From NCBI GenBank assembly GCA_900542005.1, contig UQLW01000004.1:44361-108360 (forward strand): a DNA stretch of 64,000 bases, in the 5' to 3' direction. The notes beneath the pieces are model-generated. The model made no database searches and was not told the origin of the DNA. It saw only the letters and a program-made list of their open reading frames with translations. Made by a program: the position numbers and the translations under genes. This stretch comes from an uncultured Eubacteriales bacterium (lineage in GTDB: Bacteria > Bacillota > Clostridia > Christensenellales > UMGS416). This document shows, piece after piece, positions 1 through 8,180 of this stretch (position 1 is the first letter of the stretch; each line of letters opens with the position of its first letter).

Positions 1-232
1 CAACATGGGCTATGACGTCATGGAGACCGCCCGGAAGCTGGGCGGCTCGCTGATTCATGTCCACGCCAAGCCGGCCCGGCCCGGTGTGAAGCCAGTGGAT
101 TTCGCCGCCCTCAACGGATATCTGAAGGAGGCTGGTTTCGGCGGCCTCGTCAGCGTGGAGTACAACGCCATGACCGACCCTACGGAAACCATCCGCAGCG
201 TGCTCACGGAGCTGGGCGCCCTTAGCCGGTAG
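1..232 (+). CDS. sugar phosphate isomerase/epimerase (xylose isomerase-like TIM barrel), C-terminal fragment; gene starts upstream of window
   Basis: The frame is open from nt 2 to TAG 230-232. The tail ...SLIHVHAKP...GGLVSVEYNA... parallels the C-termini of the two complete TIM-barrel paralogues in this window (...LFHVHLKDS...WLSLEHE and ...VIHMKDF...FFVEYEG). Confidence 0.7.
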   Translation, partial: NMGYDVMETARKLGGSLIHVHAKPARPGVKPVDFAALNGYLKEAGFGGLVSVEYNAMTDPTETIRSVLTELGALSR

Positions 233-390
233 CCGCAGGCGGCATTGGAGCGTTCATATATATATTTAGTGTGAATTCGTTGCTATTTTTGTCATAAGCA
301 TTTGATTTTTGTCTTTTCTTGTTCTATACTGATGTTATTCCTTCGCATGCGAATGATTCTTATGCGAACAAACGAAAGGATGATCTTCAA

Positions 391-744
391 ATGTTTGGAA
401 TTGGCGGAAACAAATTTGAACGCATGGCAAAAAAGGGCGATGTCCTCAATCTGGGCCAATACTCCTCCAACCCCAAGGCCTCGGTCCGTCTGGCCGTTGT
501 AAAGGCGCTGGGCCAGGTGGAGAATAACACCGACGCCGGCAACGCGCTGGTGGTCTATCTGCGGGATCCTGACCGTCAGGTGCAGCTGGAGGCCGTAAAG
601 TCCATGGGCCATATCGGCGTATCCGCCGGGACCACCCACCTCAACCGCATCCGCAGCCAGGCTCAGCAGGCTGGGGATAAGGAGCTGGAAGCCGCGGCCG
701 ACGCCGCGCTGCATGAGCTGCGCAGCCGTCTGGCCCACGAGTAG
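391..744 (+). CDS. HEAT-repeat protein
   Basis: Lies within ORF 319-744. ATG 391 is preceded by AAAGGA. It has repeated HEAT/PBS-lyase-like units (...SVRLAVVKALGQV..., ...VQLEAVKSMGHIG...). It ends 34 nt upstream of the MarR gene on the same strand. Confidence 0.7.
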   Translation: MFGIGGNKFERMAKKGDVLNLGQYSSNPKASVRLAVVKALGQVENNTDAGNALVVYLRDPDRQVQLEAVKSMGHIGVSAGTTHLNRIRSQAQQAGDKELEAAADAALHELRSRLAHE

Positions 745-778
745 CAGCATCGCCCGGCCCTGAAAGGGGAGGGAAGCG

Positions 779-1213
779 ATGGAAAAAAATCAAACGCAGG
801 ACATTCTGCGTCAGCTGCGGGAGGTGCAGATCCTGCTGGGGCGCCGCTTCCGCGACTCGCTCAGCAGCGACGGTATCACCGTATCTCAGGCGATGGTGCT
901 GTACAGCCTGGCCGAGGAGCCGGCCATGCGTCTGAGCGACCTTTCGCTGAAGCTGGGAAGCACCCCCTCTACGCTGTCGGGCGTAGTCGACCGCTTGGAG
1001 CGCGGCGGCTGGGTCCAGCGCCAGCGGACGTCCCGGGATCGCCGCGAGATTCTGATTCAGCTGACGCCCCATGCCCGCCAGCGCCTGGAGGCGCTGAACA
1101 GTCATATTCAGGAGCTTTTCACCGAAAGCGACATTGCCCTCATCAGCCAGGCGCTGGGCCGCATGCGGGACGCGCTGACTGATCCGGCACCCGAAACCCT
1201 TTCATCCCTATAG
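779..1213 (+). CDS. MarR family transcriptional regulator
   Basis: Winged-helix MarR pattern ...VSQAMVLYSLAEEPAMRLSDLSLKLGSTPSTLSGVVDRLERGGWVQRQRTSRDRREILIQLT... It is followed by a hairpin terminator. Confidence 0.9.
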   Translation: MEKNQTQDILRQLREVQILLGRRFRDSLSSDGITVSQAMVLYSLAEEPAMRLSDLSLKLGSTPSTLSGVVDRLERGGWVQRQRTSRDRREILIQLTPHARQRLEALNSHIQELFTESDIALISQALGRMRDALTDPAPETLSSL

Positions 1214-1380
1214 AAGAAGCAAAAGCAGACTTTGCGTGCAAAGTCTGCTTTCTTTTTTTCTTCCAAGCCTCCAGGGAAAACTGCACCAGGCCTGCCTGGG
1301 CCGGTTTGCCCATGGAAGGGCCAACCAAAAGATACCCAGGGCGATGTAGGCGCAATCGAGCGCCCGGGAGGGGGCCGCGC

Positions 1381-1866
1381 TCATTTTTTCCGCCCCTTTC
1401 GCCGAAGGGCCTCCAGCTCCAGCTCATTGGTCACATACACCGCGCCGGGTGCGCGCGCCTTCAGCTCCTGGATCAGCTCCTGCAGCTCCCGGGGATACAA
1501 AAGCTGCCCCCGGGAGGCGCCCTCTTGCTCCACCAGCAGCGCGCCCCGGGCCATGCGGCTTTCCGGCAGCGTCACATCGCCGGCCATGACCCGCACGATG
1601 CTGCCATACCGGATGCGGATCCGCTGCGGGCCGGCGGTGATAACCAGGCAGCCCTCCTCAAGCCTATAGCCCTCTGTCAGCACCCGCCAAAGCCCCAGGC
1701 CCAGCCAGAAAACCACCATCAGCCCCAGAACCCCGCCGGTCAGCCGGAATTGCTGGCGGTCTCCCCATATCCATAAGCCCGCCCAGACCAACGCCATGCA
1801 CAGCGCCGGGGCCAGCTGGAGCAGCTGCCTGGAACCCCAGGCGGCCCGGTAGAATTTTGTCTGCAT
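1381..1866 (-). CDS. membrane protein with bacterial PH (bPH/YdbT-like) domain
   Basis: Two N-terminal hydrophobic helices, then ...YRLEEGCLVITAGPQRIRIRYGSIVRV... I chose the start at ATG 1866 (GAAGGGGGA lies 7 nt upstream). The ORF itself extends to 1887. Confidence 0.7.
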   Translation of the reverse strand: MQTKFYRAAWGSRQLLQLAPALCMALVWAGLWIWGDRQQFRLTGGVLGLMVVFWLGLGLWRVLTEGYRLEEGCLVITAGPQRIRIRYGSIVRVMAGDVTLPESRMARGALLVEQEGASRGQLLYPRELQELIQELKARAPGAVYVTNELELEALRRKGRKK

Positions 1867-1991
1867 TGACAATTCCCCCTTCATCATGGGTTATTATACC
1901 ATCGCCGCCCGCGGTGCGCCAGCCCGCCGCCCCGCCGAAAAAAAGCTTCCGCGCCCCTTTTTCCGGGACACGGAAGCCTGGCCTGCGTCAG

Positions 1992-2801
1992 TTATTGCCC
2001 CGCTACATAGGCGGAGATCTTCTCGCTATCGTCGTCTTCACCCTCAAAGTAGTAGGTTTCCACCACATAATCGCTCACACCCTTGACCATGACAAAGAGC
2101 GCCTGGCCGTCGGTAAAGGTTTGGCCGGCATAAAATTCGTTGATTTCGGGGCTCTCCGTAATATCGTACACCGAGGAGAGGCCGATATACGAAAGGCCGT
2201 TTGCCTTGATGCCGCCGCCCTCCACCGTGGTAATGGAGAAATTGACATCCACCGAGGTGATGCCCCATTCGGCCTGGGGGAAGTCGGCCGGGAAGGCCGT
2301 CTCATATTGGATGAGGCAATACTCCAGGTCGTCGTTTTCCAGCGGCTCAAAGGTCCGCAGGTGATCGGCGTTGTTGTAGGCGTCGATCGCCGCCTGCACC
2401 GTCGCGCTGTCGCGCACGATGTCGGTAATACGGAAATAGACGGTATGGTAGTCCTTATCCTGGGCGCTGTACAGCTTGGTTTCCACCCAATCGCCAATCT
2501 TGGCCGGCGCTTCCAGGGTTGTGGCTACCGGCGTAATCTCCCCGGCCGCGGCTGCGGGCGTCGTCTCTCCCCCGGCCGTTGTGGCTGCTTCTGCCGTCGT
2601 CTCCGCCGGCGTTGTCTCCGCGTCCGTCGCCTCCGCCGTCGTTTCGGCTGCCGTGGTCGTCGTTTCGGCTGCCGTGGTTTCATCCGCCGCTGTCGCAGTT
2701 GTCGTTGTCGCAGCTGTCGTTGTCCCGGCGGCCGGCTGCGAGCACGCAGCCAAGGACATCGCAGTCATCACAGCCAATGCAGCAATCAGAAGCTTTTTCA
2801 T
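1992..2801 (-). CDS. lipoprotein with Thr/Ala/Glu-rich linker (DUF4352/DUF5067-like globular domain, tentative)
   Basis: MKKLLIAALAVMTAMSLAAC lipobox at ATG 2801 with a GGAGGA RBS. A ~80-aa T/A/E low-complexity tether is followed by a folded C-terminal domain. Confidence 0.8.
   Translation of the reverse strand: MKKLLIAALAVMTAMSLAACSQPAAGTTTAATTTTATAADETTAAETTTTAAETTAEATDAETTPAETTAEAATTAGGETTPAAAAGEITPVATTLEAPAKIGDWVETKLYSAQDKDYHTVYFRITDIVRDSATVQAAIDAYNNADHLRTFEPLENDDLEYCLIQYETAFPADFPQAEWGITSVDVNFSITTVEGGGIKANGLSYIGLSSVYDITESPEINEFYAGQTFTDGQALFVMVKGVSDYVVETYYFEGEDDDSEKISAYVAGQ
2500..2745. repeat. imperfect short tandem repeats encoding the Thr/Ala/Glu linker
   Basis: GTCGTTTCGGCTGCCGTGGT occurs at 2638-2657 and again at 2659-2678 (21-nt period). 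GTCGCAG(T/C)TGTCGTT is repeated near 2691-2725. Confidence 0.7.
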
Positions 2802-2908
2802 GATATCCTCCCCATCATCCCGGACCATACTGTCCCTTATCTTGGTTATCATACCATAGCGCTTCCAAAATGTATATCCTCAGATTGCTACAGCGTAGCC
2901 ATTTTGTT

Positions 2909-3223
2909 TTATGCGCTTTGCGTATCACCGGTAGCCAGCCCAATTTTATAGCCGCAGCGGAAGCTCTCGCGGCACAAGTACGCCATCAGTGCCTCGTAAC
3001 GCTCCACCATCCGCAGCAGCGCGCCATCCTCCTCTGAGGCGCCGAACTTCATCGCCGCCTCCATCCTCGCCTGATACGCCTCCTCCTCAAGCTGCATTCC
3101 CGGCAGCATAGAAAGCGCATCCTGCACCTCAACGCCGCCGGGCAGCTCGGTCATTACTTCCATTTCCCCGATCATTTCAGGATAAACCGCTGCAAACAGC
3201 GTTTCAATCTTCTCATCCAGCAT
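2909..3223 (-). CDS. hypothetical acidic 104-aa protein, divergent from an XRE regulator
   Basis: ORF with Glu-rich helical sequence ending ...CRESFRCGYKIGLATGD. I recognised no family with confidence. Its codon composition fits the host. Confidence 0.55.
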   Translation of the reverse strand: MLDEKIETLFAAVYPEMIGEMEVMTELPGGVEVQDALSMLPGMQLEEEAYQARMEAAMKFGASEEDGALLRMVERYEALMAYLCRESFRCGYKIGLATGDTQSA

Positions 3224-3307
3224 CTATACCGGCCACTTCCTTTCTCTTTTCGTCCTTAGCATGGCCCAGGCAGCGCCCGCCATACCTGTCCTGCTGCAAC
3301 CCATGCG

Positions 3308-3347
3308 CGCCCGCTGCAACCCATCGGATGCAGCGGGCGTCTTTGTT
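3308..3347 (+). terminator. orphan terminator-like hairpin in the divergent intergenic region
   Basis: CGCCCGCTGCA (3308-3318) pairs with TGCAGCGGGCG (3329-3339), followed by TCTTTGTT. No plus-strand gene lies upstream of it. Confidence 0.4.
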
Positions 3348-3468
3348 ATAAATTCCTATCAATTTTAAGGTTTATTAGTATTGTTCAGTACTAGAATGCC
3401 AATCTTACCATGGTAGCGTGCTAAATTCAATCCTAATCATCATGAGAGGGGAAGGAGTTCACTCATCT

Positions 3469-3687
3469 ATGTATCTCAGAAGGCTGAGAGATCTTCGGGT
3501 GGATAAGGATCTGGCACAGAAGCAGGTCGCCTCGTATCTTGGCATTCGTCAAACGGTCTATTCCCGCTATGAACGCGGAGTCCAGCCCATACCCCTGAGG
3601 CATCTCATCACGCTGGCCGACCTGTATGAAACCTCGACCGATTACATCCTCGGGCGGACGAAGCAGATCAGGCCCTATCCCAAATAG
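3469..3687 (+). CDS. XRE family (HTH_3) transcriptional regulator
   Basis: ...LAQKQVASYLGIRQTVYSRYERGVQPIPLRHLITLADLYETSTDYILGR... A GAAGGAG RBS at 3451-3457 precedes ATG 3469. Confidence 0.85.
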   Translation: MYLRRLRDLRVDKDLAQKQVASYLGIRQTVYSRYERGVQPIPLRHLITLADLYETSTDYILGRTKQIRPYPK

Positions 3688-3891
3688 GCGGGCAACCACG
3701 CTGTTTGCGCGGCCTCTTTTAGGCTACCGGTATTTTCGAGATTTTTCGATATCACAAATCCCGCTCTTTCATGCCGCCGTCCTGTGCGAAGAAATCAGAA
3801 TCGTCCATGGACGCAAAAAAGGCACCCAGGTATGATAGAAGGAAGCGGGGGGAGGCTTATCTCCCTATCATAGAAAAAGGATGGTATTCAC

Positions 3892-5655
3892 ATGGCTAAG
3901 CAGATGATCGCCCAGGGCCAAAAGCCCTGCATCACCGTCATTACCGCCAAGAACCCCACCGAGCAGGAAAAATACGCAGCCTGGGAGCTAGTTCATTATC
4001 TGAACCTGATGGGTTCGGTCAGCATCCCCACCGGCGATGAAACCGCCGAGGGCCCGGTCATCGCCATCGGCGCGGCTGCCGCCCGCCTGGGCGTGACGGC
4101 CGACCCGAAGCTCTCCTACGATGGCTTCACCCTCAAGACGGTCGGTGATTCGCTGGCCATCGTCGGCGGGATCCGCGGCGTGATCTACGGTGTGTATGAG
4201 CTGCTGGAGAAGCTGGGCTGCCGTTTCTTTACGCCCCTGTGCGAAAAGATCCCCTCCACTGTCGATATTGAGCTGCCCCAGCTGGATGAGACGCAGATCC
4301 CCGTGCTGGAATACCGCCAGCATAACTACACCGATTTCAACAAGTATCCCCGCTTCGGCACCAAGAGCCGCCTCAACGCCGGCAAGCTGCCGGAATATAT
4401 GGGCGGCGGCATCCAGTATGCCTGGTTCGTCCATTCCTTCGAGCCGCAGATCCTGGATCCCAAGGAGTGGTATGACACCCATCCGGAGTATTTCTCCCTG
4501 GTCAACGGCAAGCGTGTAAACGAGTTCGCCCAGCTGTGCCTGACCAACCCCGACGTGCAGCGCATCGCCATCGAGAAGGTGCGCGCCGCCCTGCGGGCGC
4601 ATCCTGAGTGCCGTATCATCTCCGTATCCCAGAACGACTGGGACAACCACTGCGAGTGCGAGAACTGCGCCAAGCTGGACGCCCAGGAGGGCAGCAGCGC
4701 CGGCACCCTCATCAATTTTGTGAACAACATCGCCGAGGCCATCGAAGAGGAATTCCCCGAGGTGATCGTGGATACGCTGGCTTACCAGTATACCCGCCCG
4801 GCTACCAGCCACCTGCGTCCGCGGCATAACGTATGCGTGCGCCTGTGCTCCATCGAGGCCTGCTTTGCCCATTCCTTTGAGGACTGCGACGACAAGAGCC
4901 GCTGGGTCAAGCGTCCTGACGGCACCACCAGCAACTTTATCCACGACCTGGAGGACTGGGGCAAGGTGTGTAACCGGATGTATATCTGGGATTACACCAC
5001 CTGCTTTGCCCACTATCCGGCCCCCCATCCCAATTGGCATGTGCTGCAGCCCAATATGCAGGCCTTCATCAAAAACGGCGTGAAGGGCGTCTTTGAGCAG
5101 GCCTGCGGCGCCATCGGCGGCGGTGTGGATCTCAATGAGATGCGCGCCTATGTCATCAGCAAGCTGCTGTGGGACGCCAACACCGACGTGGAGCGCCATA
5201 TCCGCGAGTTCAGCGACTTCTACTATGGAGCCGCCGGCCCCTATATCCGCGAATATATTAAGGTACATACCGATAAGGTGGTCAAGGACAACATCCATGT
5301 GGGCTTTAACGATCAGTGCGACCGTCCCGATCTCTCCGACGAGATGCTGGATATTTACGACGCGATCCTGGCCAAGGCCGCCAAGGCCGTGGAGGGCGAT
5401 CCCATCCGCGCCATGCGCGTCAACAAGGCCCAGCTGGCGACCCGTTGGGTGCGCATGAAGAACAACGCCATGCACAAGGGGATCCACAACCCCGAGGAGA
5501 TCAACCAGTTCTTCGAGGATTGGCGCGCCCATGGCATGACCCGGATCGACGAATGGGTATCCGCCGAAACCACCCACCGCGCCCTCATCGAGAATGTATG
5601 GCGCGGCACCGAATACTACCACCACTGGACCGAGGAGGGCCCGGAGCGGCTGTAG
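3892..5655 (+). CDS. DUF4838 domain-containing protein (glycoside-hydrolase-like), paralogue 1
   Basis: 587 aa with motifs CLTNPDV..., ...ISVSQNDWDNHCECENC..., ...DTLAYQYTRP..., ...CSIEACFAH... These are shared with the paralogue at 23480-25219. No signal peptide is visible. Confidence 0.85.
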   Translation: MAKQMIAQGQKPCITVITAKNPTEQEKYAAWELVHYLNLMGSVSIPTGDETAEGPVIAIGAAAARLGVTADPKLSYDGFTLKTVGDSLAIVGGIRGVIYGVYELLEKLGCRFFTPLCEKIPSTVDIELPQLDETQIPVLEYRQHNYTDFNKYPRFGTKSRLNAGKLPEYMGGGIQYAWFVHSFEPQILDPKEWYDTHPEYFSLVNGKRVNEFAQLCLTNPDVQRIAIEKVRAALRAHPECRIISVSQNDWDNHCECENCAKLDAQEGSSAGTLINFVNNIAEAIEEEFPEVIVDTLAYQYTRPATSHLRPRHNVCVRLCSIEACFAHSFEDCDDKSRWVKRPDGTTSNFIHDLEDWGKVCNRMYIWDYTTCFAHYPAPHPNWHVLQPNMQAFIKNGVKGVFEQACGAIGGGVDLNEMRAYVISKLLWDANTDVERHIREFSDFYYGAAGPYIREYIKVHTDKVVKDNIHVGFNDQCDRPDLSDEMLDIYDAILAKAAKAVEGDPIRAMRVNKAQLATRWVRMKNNAMHKGIHNPEEINQFFEDWRAHGMTRIDEWVSAETTHRALIENVWRGTEYYHHWTEEGPERL

Positions 5656-5690
5656 CGCTAAAGAACGGCACTAGTCTTTAGATAAGCCAA

Positions 5691-5727
5691 GCGGGAAATA
5701 CACTGGGTGTATTTCCCGCTTTTTTAT
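5691..5727 (+). terminator. rho-independent terminator
   Basis: GCGGGAAATACAC-tgg-GTGTATTTCCCGC followed by TTTTTT. Confidence 0.8.
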
Positions 5728-6071
5728 TGCATATTTTTTATACGCATCGTCCCAGGTTTCCAGGGTCGTAATCACTGGGCCCATGGACTTGCCCAACTGG
5801 TTCAGGGCATCACGCCTGCTCCGCCGCTATCGACCTTCATTCCATAGGTAGGGACAATATTCGGTCAGCCCTCCTACCTCAAAGCAGGCAATCCCTTCTC
5901 CATTGTATCATCTTCAGCATTTCACTTAGCGGCTGCGCCTCCCCTTGCCGCAAGCGGGGCTCGTCCGTCGGCTGCCGTCCCCTGACAGTTGGGCCCCAAA
6001 TTGCCTGTTTTGGGCGGCATAGCCTTGTATTTTCCCAACCCGGCGGGCACCCTAGGCAGGGATGGAGGTGA

Positions 6072-6698
6072 TTGGGGTTGGCATTGGCACTGGAGCTGGC
6101 AGTATGGCTTGCGCCGCCTGCCTGTATTGCTTTCATCCTGTTTCACCGGTACGCGCCCCGCCGGTGGCTGTCTATGGCGGCGGCCGGCAGCCTCGCCCTT
6201 ATGGCCCTCTGCGGGTGGGCGCTGGGCTCGCCCTGGTGGGAGCCCGCGCTGCTGCTGGCAGGGGCCGGCCTGCTGGCCGTGGAGTGCCTGATCCCTGGCT
6301 TCGGGCCGGCCGGCGTCTTGGGTGTCATCGCGTCGCTGGCGGGCTTTTATCTCACCGCTGGCGGGCAGTATTTTCTTCTCCGGCTGCTGGCCGCGCTGCT
6401 GCCGCTGGCCCTATGCCCCCTGCTGCGCCGCCGCTATGGCCGCCCCGAGGCCTTCCCGGACCGTTTTGTGCACAAGACGGTGAACGACGCCGCCGCAGGC
6501 TATGTCGCCCGTACCGCCCGGCCGGAGCTGGAGGGGCAAACCGGCGTCGCCCTGACCGCCCTGCGCCCCACCGGGCGCGCCATGATCGCCGGCCAGCGGG
6601 TCGACGTCATCTGTACCGGCTCCTATCTGGAGGCGGGCTCCTCCCTGCGGGTATGCTCCGTCGCGCCCGGCCGGGTTGAGGTGGAGCGGCTTGCCTAG
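6072..6698 (+). CDS. NfeD family membrane protein
   Basis: Multi-TM N-terminus plus a C-terminal OB-like segment ...GQTGVALTALRPTGRAMIAGQRVDVICTGSYLEAGSSLRVCSV... Candidate TTG starts are at 6072 and 6078, and 6078 is better spaced from GGAGG 6064-6068. Confidence 0.75.
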   Translation: MGLALALELAVWLAPPACIAFILFHRYAPRRWLSMAAAGSLALMALCGWALGSPWWEPALLLAGAGLLAVECLIPGFGPAGVLGVIASLAGFYLTAGGQYFLLRLLAALLPLALCPLLRRRYGRPEAFPDRFVHKTVNDAAAGYVARTARPELEGQTGVALTALRPTGRAMIAGQRVDVICTGSYLEAGSSLRVCSVAPGRVEVERLA

Positions 6699-7159
6699 CC
6701 GCCCAGCGGCTTTTCCATCACATAATTGGTCAGCCGCTCGCCGGAGCGCTCCACCTGCTGTGCCCGAATTACCCGGTATCCCCGCCCTTCTAAGAAGGGC
6801 CTGGCCGTAATCGACGCATGGGTCGTCATCTTATCCACGCCCGCGTCTTTCTCCAGGCAGTCGCACAGGGCGGTGGCGATACCGCAGCCCTGATAATCCT
6901 TGTGCACATACAGCCGGTCAAGATAACCGCTGGCATCCCGGTCGGCAAAGCCGACAATCCGCCCGTCCGCCTCCGCCACCAGGGTGGTGTGGGCTTGAAA
7001 AGAGGCATCCCAAGCCGCAAGATCCACCTGCCCATTGGCCCAGGCATCCAGCTGGGCGGGCGTATAGTCAGCCGCGTTCACCTGGTGCACCGTATCATAA
7101 AACAGCCGTGCCAGCTCTGCCACATCGGTTGCACGGTAGCTTCGTATTGTAAACTGCAA
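6695..7159 (-). CDS. GNAT family N-acetyltransferase
   Basis: ...RLYVHKDYQGCGIATALCDCLE... acetyl-CoA-binding motif. 154 aa. Confidence 0.9.
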   Translation of the reverse strand: MQFTIRSYRATDVAELARLFYDTVHQVNAADYTPAQLDAWANGQVDLAAWDASFQAHTTLVAEADGRIVGFADRDASGYLDRLYVHKDYQGCGIATALCDCLEKDAGVDKMTTHASITARPFLEGRGYRVIRAQQVERSGERLTNYVMEKPLGG

Positions 7160-7262
7160 CGTATCATCCTCCCCTCGCCTGTCCGGAGCTGCCTTCCTGC
7201 TTTCCGGTTCATGGGGTGAAAAAATCCGGTAGAAAGCCGGCTTTTTTATATCCTTAACCCCT

Positions 7263-8111
7263 TCAGCGCTGCTGCTCTACCTCAATCCAGGTATCCGGCA
7301 TAGCCAGCGCCTTGAAGCCCGCGTCCCGCATGGCGATCACCTCCAGGGTCTGCTCCCGGGCGACGGGGATGGTCCCCTCCGCAAAGAAGGCCAGCATCGC
7401 GTCGATCAGCCCCACAAAGGGATCGGTGCAGGAGGGAATATGGACGCTGGAATCCTCGTAGGCCGCGTCCAGCGCAAAGTCGCCGCCCACCGTCTGGGTC
7501 ATGGTGGCGACGCGCCCATCAAAGTCAATCCACAGGCTGCGGCCGGCGCCCGATTCAAGGGCCTTGACCCGCTTGGCGCCGCCGCCCATCACCGTGTTGA
7601 TCATTTCCAGCTGGTGGACGCTGTAGTTCTCATACACGCCGGGGCCGGTCGTCGCGCAAAAGAGCGGCCGGGACGCGCGGCCCAGCCTGAAGTCATCCAG
7701 CTCCCGGGAAAAGCGCAGCGCCGAGGAGGAGAACAGCGGCGTGCCGTGATCCTGCGCCCGGTCGAAAAGCCGGACGCCGCAGGCCAGATCCGGTGCAAAG
7801 GTCTTATCCATATAAACCCGCTTGCCCGATTCGAGCGCCAGGCGGCCCAGCCGCTCGTGCTCCTCCGGATGATCCGGCGACAGCACGATGATCGCGTCGC
7901 AGGCGTCGATCAGCGCCTCCTGGCTTTCCATCCGGCGCATTCCGTATGCTTCGCACCATGCGTCCGTCGTCCGGCCCCGCTCGCAGTCGGCCCAGGCATA
8001 GCCCAGGTCGAGGTCAATGCCCCGGGCCTTGGCCTGCTGCCGCAGCCAGCCGGGATAGTTGTTGGCGTGCCACTCATCCAGGAAGTAATCGATAAAGCCG
8101 AGCCGTATCAT
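7263..8111 (-). CDS. Gfo/Idh/MocA-like oxidoreductase (atypical N-terminus)
   Basis: Starts MIRLGFIDYFLDEWHANNYPGW... and continues ...IIVLSPDHPEEHERL...GKRVYMDKTFA... ATG 8111 has an AAGGAGG RBS 5 nt upstream. Confidence 0.7.
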   Translation of the reverse strand: MIRLGFIDYFLDEWHANNYPGWLRQQAKARGIDLDLGYAWADCERGRTTDAWCEAYGMRRMESQEALIDACDAIIVLSPDHPEEHERLGRLALESGKRVYMDKTFAPDLACGVRLFDRAQDHGTPLFSSSALRFSRELDDFRLGRASRPLFCATTGPGVYENYSVHQLEMINTVMGGGAKRVKALESGAGRSLWIDFDGRVATMTQTVGGDFALDAAYEDSSVHIPSCTDPFVGLIDAMLAFFAEGTIPVAREQTLEVIAMRDAGFKALAMPDTWIEVEQQR

Positions 8112-8180
8112 AAAAGCCTCCTTGACCAAAACGCATCCGCCAAGGCAGATGCGTCGTTTAATCCCTATGCGCCTGTGCGT

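Noticed and set aside
3988-5625. 545-aa ORF on the minus strand antisense to the DUF4838 gene
   Set aside because: It is Ala/Gly/Val/Asp/His-rich, has no RBS and is entirely contained within a well-supported sense gene. This is the typical stop-codon-poor antisense frame of high-GC DNA.
5727-6071. 345-bp gap containing an open minus-strand frame (…DALNQLGKSMGPVITTLETWDDAYKKYAIKK…) that looks like the C-terminus of a lost gene
   Set aside because: It has no start codon or RBS, is bounded by an in-frame TAG upstream and runs into the terminator hairpin. At most it is a decayed remnant, too weak to call as a pseudogene.
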